Source: Eledone cirrhosa
Lineage: Eukaryota
Assembly: GCA_964016885.1 (NCBI GenBank)
Contig: OZ024741.1
Location: 148,738,001 to 148,802,000, forward strand
Reading direction: 5' to 3'
DNA: 64,000 nucleotides
The position numbers and the translations under genes were made by a program. Every line of letters begins with the position of its first letter. Position 1 is the stretch's first letter. The notes under the pieces were generated by a model. That model had not been told where the DNA came from, did not search any database, and worked only from the letters and a program-made list of their open reading frames with translations. Of this stretch, positions 60,031 through 64,000 are shown piece after piece.

Positions 60031-63000
60031 GGGAAAATAGTTTCAGTTTATGAACATTTTGGATTACAAACGGCCTTCGGGAACAAATTAAGTTCATGAA
60101 CCGAGGTACCGCTGTATATATATATATATGCTTGAAGTCACTGGCCAGTACCATCATTTGTTTGTTTTTCCTTTAACCCATTTGATACCAAAGCATCTGA
60201 AACCACCTGTTTTACAATACAAGGTTGTTTATATTTGAAGGGTTTGGATCATCTAGAAACTTTCAATCATATTTTAATGTAAGAAAAAACCTTTGTTAGT
60301 TTATGTTCCAAACATCAGATAAATATTGAAAAAGTTAGTTATAGTACTGAATCTTCTCTACATCTTGATTATTTTCAAAAATTACTTGAAAATCCTAGAC
60401 AGTGTCTCTTATTAGAAATATGGTAAGAAAAGGTTTAGTCATAATTGTAGCAAAGAGAGAGTGAACATTTCCTCGCAAAATCCTACCCTATTAATTAATA
60501 TTACATAATGATCATGATGAGGATGGTGATGATGAATCCAGTTTCTACTGACATGTATTTCATCTCCCTGTTATCTGACTATATTGTATTACATGAATGG
60601 CGTGTTTCAATAGAAATATGGTTGTGAAAGAGCTAAAATAAAAAATAAATGTCATTTTACTAAGAAACCTAAAAACATTGCTGTTGCTTTCCATTGACTG
60701 CTGTGCAGTCTTGCTTGCTTGGAACTATACATATATACACACACGCGCACACATACATACATACATACATACACATAGTGGAACCTCTGTTCACGAAACC
60801 CTCTCATGGTCAATTTGGTCCATGACCAACTCTTCTGAACATAAAAACGGCTCAGTTGATGAACGATGTCTCAAGTAATGAACGTAAGCTGGCAACAAGC
60901 TGGGAGTACCAGCGGGAAAGCATCACTTGCTGTGTAGTTAGTTACTATGGTGATATCAATCTGTCTTTCACACACAGTCTCTTTCTCATTGTATTTCTCT
61001 CTCAACATTTTGTATAGGGAAAATAGTTTCAGTTTATGAACATTTTGGATTACAAACGGCCTTCGGGAACAAATTAAGTTCATGAACCGAGGTACCGCTG
61101 TATATATATATATATGCTTGAAGTCACTGGCCAGTACCATCATTTGTTTGTTTTTCCTTTAACCCATTTGATACCAAAGCATCTGAAACCACCTGTTTTA
61201 CAATACAAGGTTGTTTATATTTGAAGGGTTTGGATCATCTAGAAACTTTCAATCATATTTTAATGTAAGAAAAAACCTTTGTTAGTTTATGTTCCAAACA
61301 TCAGATAAATATTGAAAAAGTTAGTTATAGTACTGAATCTTCTCTACATCTTGATTATTTTCAAAAATTACTTGAAAATCCTAGACAGTGTCTCTTATTA
61401 GAAATATGGTAAGAAAAGGTTTAGTCATAATTGTAGCAAAGAGAGAGTGAACATTTCCTCGCAAAATCCTACCCTATTAATTAATATTACATAATGATCA
61501 TGATGAGGATGGTGATGATGAATCCAGTTTCTACTGACATGTATTTCATCTCCCTGTTATCTGACTATATTGTATTACATGAATGGCGTGTTTCAATAGA
61601 AATATAGTTGTGAAAGAGCTAAAATAAAAAATAAATGTCATTTTACTAAGAAACCTAAAAACATTGCTGTTGCTTTCCATTGACTGCCGTGCAGTCTTGC
61701 TTGCTTGGAACTATACATATATACACACACGCGCACACATACATACATACATACACATAGTGGAACCACTGTTCACGAAACCCTCTCATGGTCAATTTGG
61801 TCCATGACCAACTCTTCTGAACATAAAAACGGCTTAGTTGATGAACGATGTCTCAAGTAATGAACGTAAGCTGGCAACAAGCTGGGAGTACCAGCGGGAA
61901 AGCATCACTTGCTGTGTAGTTAGTTACTATGGTGATATCAATCTGTCTTTCACACACAGTCTCTTTCTCATTGTATTTCTCTCTCAACATTTTGTATAGG
62001 GAAAATAGTTTCAGTTTATGAACATTTTGGATTACAAACGGCCTTCGGGAACAAATTAAGTTCATGAACCGAGGTACCGCTGTATATATATATATATGCT
62101 TGAAGTCACTGGCCAGTACCATCATTTGTTTGTTTTTCCTTTAACCCATTTGATACCAAAGCATCTGAAACCACCTGTTTTACAATACAAGGTTGTTTAT
62201 ATTTGAAGAGTTTGGATCATCTAGAAACTTTCAATCATATTTTAATGTAAGAAAAAACCTTTGTTAGTTTATGTTCCAAACATCAGATAAATATTGAAAA
62301 AGTTAGTTATAGTACTGAATCTTCTCTACATCTTGATTATTTTCAAAAATTACTTGAAAATCCTAGACAGTGTCTCTTATTAGAAATATGGTAAGAAAAG
62401 GTTTAGTCATAATTGTAGCAAAGAGAGAGTGAACATTTCCACGCAAAATCCTACCCTATTAATTAATATTACATAATGATCATGATGAGGATGGTGATGA
62501 TGAATCCAGTTTCTACTGACATGTATTTCATCTCCCTGTTATCTGACTATATTGTATTACATGAATGGCGTGTTTCAATAGAAATATGGTTGTGAAAGAG
62601 CTAAAATAAAAAATAAATGTCATTTTACTAAGAAACCTAAAAACATTGCTGTTGCTTTCCATTGACTGCTGTGCAGTCTTGCTTGCTTGGAACTATACAT
62701 ATATACACACACGCGCACACATACACACATACATACATACATACATACACATAGTGGAACCTCTGTTCACGAAACCCTCTCATGGTCAATTTGGTCCATG
62801 ACCAACTCTTCTGAACATAAAAACGGCTCAGTTGATGAACGATGTCTCAAGTAATGAACACACAAGCTGGCAACAAGCCGGGAGTACCAGCGGGAATGCA
62901 TCACTTGCTGTGTAGTTAGTTACTATGGTGATATCAATCTGTCTTTCACACACAGTCTCTTTCTCATTGTATTTCTCTCTCAACATTTTGTATAGGGAAA

Positions 63001-64000
63001 ATAGTTTCAGTTTATGAACATTTTGGATTACAAACGGCCTTCGGGAACAAATTAAGTTCATGAACCGAGGTACCGCTGTATATATATATATATATATATG
63101 CTTGAAGTCACTGGCCAGTACCATCATTTGTTTGTTTTTCCTTTAACCCATTTGATACCAAAGCATCTGAAACCACCTGTTTTACAATACAAGGTTGTTT
63201 ATATTTGAAGGGTTTGGATCATCTAGAAACTTTCAATCATATTTTAATGTAAGAAAAAACCTTTGTTAGTTTATGTTCCAAACATCAGATAAATATTGAA
63301 AAAGTTAGTTATAGTACTGAATCTTCTCTACATCTTGATTATTTTCAAAAATTACTTGAAAATCCTAGACAGTCTCTCTTATTAGAAATATGGTAAGAAA
63401 AGGTTTAGTCATAATTGTAGCAAAGAGAGAGTGAACATTTCCATGCAAAATCCTACCCTATTAATTAATATTACATAATGATCATGATGAGGATGGTGAT
63501 GATGAATCCAGTTTCTACTGACATGTATTTCATCTCCCTGTTATCTGACTATATTGTATTACATGAATGGCGTGTTTCAATAGAAATATGGTTGTGAAAG
63601 AGCTAAAATAAAAAATAAATGTCATTTTACTAAGAAACCTAAAAACATTGCTGTTGCTTTCCATTGACTGCTGTGCAGTCTTGCTTGCTTGGAACTATAC
63701 ATATATACACACACGCGCACACATACATACATACATACACATAGTGGAACCTCTGTTCACGAAACCCTCTCATGGTCAATTTGGTCCATGACCAACTCTT
63801 CTGAACATAAAAACGGCTCAGTTGATGAACGATGTCTCAAGTAATGAACACACAAGCTGGCAACAAGCCGGGAGTACCAGCGGGAATGCATCACTTGCTG
63901 TGTAGTTAGTTACTATGGTGATATCAATCTGTCTTTCACACACAGTCTCTTTCTCATTGTATTTCTCTCTCAACATTTTGTATAGGGAAAATAGTTTCAG

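Larger units (their letters stand above)
55370..64000. repeat. Homogeneous ~980-1000-bp tandem repeat array (6-7 units visible, continues past window end)
   Basis: Marker recurs at 55554, 57480, 60513, 61499, 62481, 63483; spacings 986, 982, 1002, and 980 after subtracting the LINE. Confidence 0.95.

Noticed and set aside
59858-63127. Repeated ORFs MMVLASDFKHIYIY... suggesting a tandem gene family
   Set aside because: They run through the Tigger MITE TIR and a variable (TA)n tract of the satellite unit; no domain or splice structure
52900-64000. CRISPR-like regular repeats
   Set aside because: Eukaryotic context; whole ~1-kb units repeat, with no unique spacers or cas genes

Overview
AT-rich, repeat-dense eukaryotic genomic DNA; the repeat landscape (tRNA-derived SINEs with (GAT)n tails, RTE and CR1 LINEs, many microsatellites) suggests an octopus/cephalopod genome, which is an inference. 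Almost all ORF-track entries are noise or transposon relics. The window lies inside one large + strand gene, the class I bHLH E-protein (TCF3/TCF4/TCF12, daughterless family). Six short coding exons (16755-39083) splice in frame into 156 aa with the intron phases I recall for vertebrate TCF4; the upstream AD1 exon and the bHLH exons were not found here. The introns hold CR1 and RTE LINEs, SINEs, a Helitron, maT (DD37D), mariner, piggyBac and Transib-like relics, MITEs, and a young ~985-bp tandem array running off the right end. Best leads: (1) a candidate internal promoter and phase-0 alternative first exon at ~49.1-50.0 kb, in the intron where vertebrate HEBAlt/TCF4-A start; (2) a degenerate type I hammerhead ribozyme in a ~515-bp repeat unit; (3) inverted CR1 copies flanking a 180-nt in-frame NLS exon pair (skipping or circRNA candidate); (4) a Transib (RAG1-related) fossil with a CACAGTG end; (5) a satellite caught being assembled from MITEs. 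All coordinates and comparisons were made by eye.
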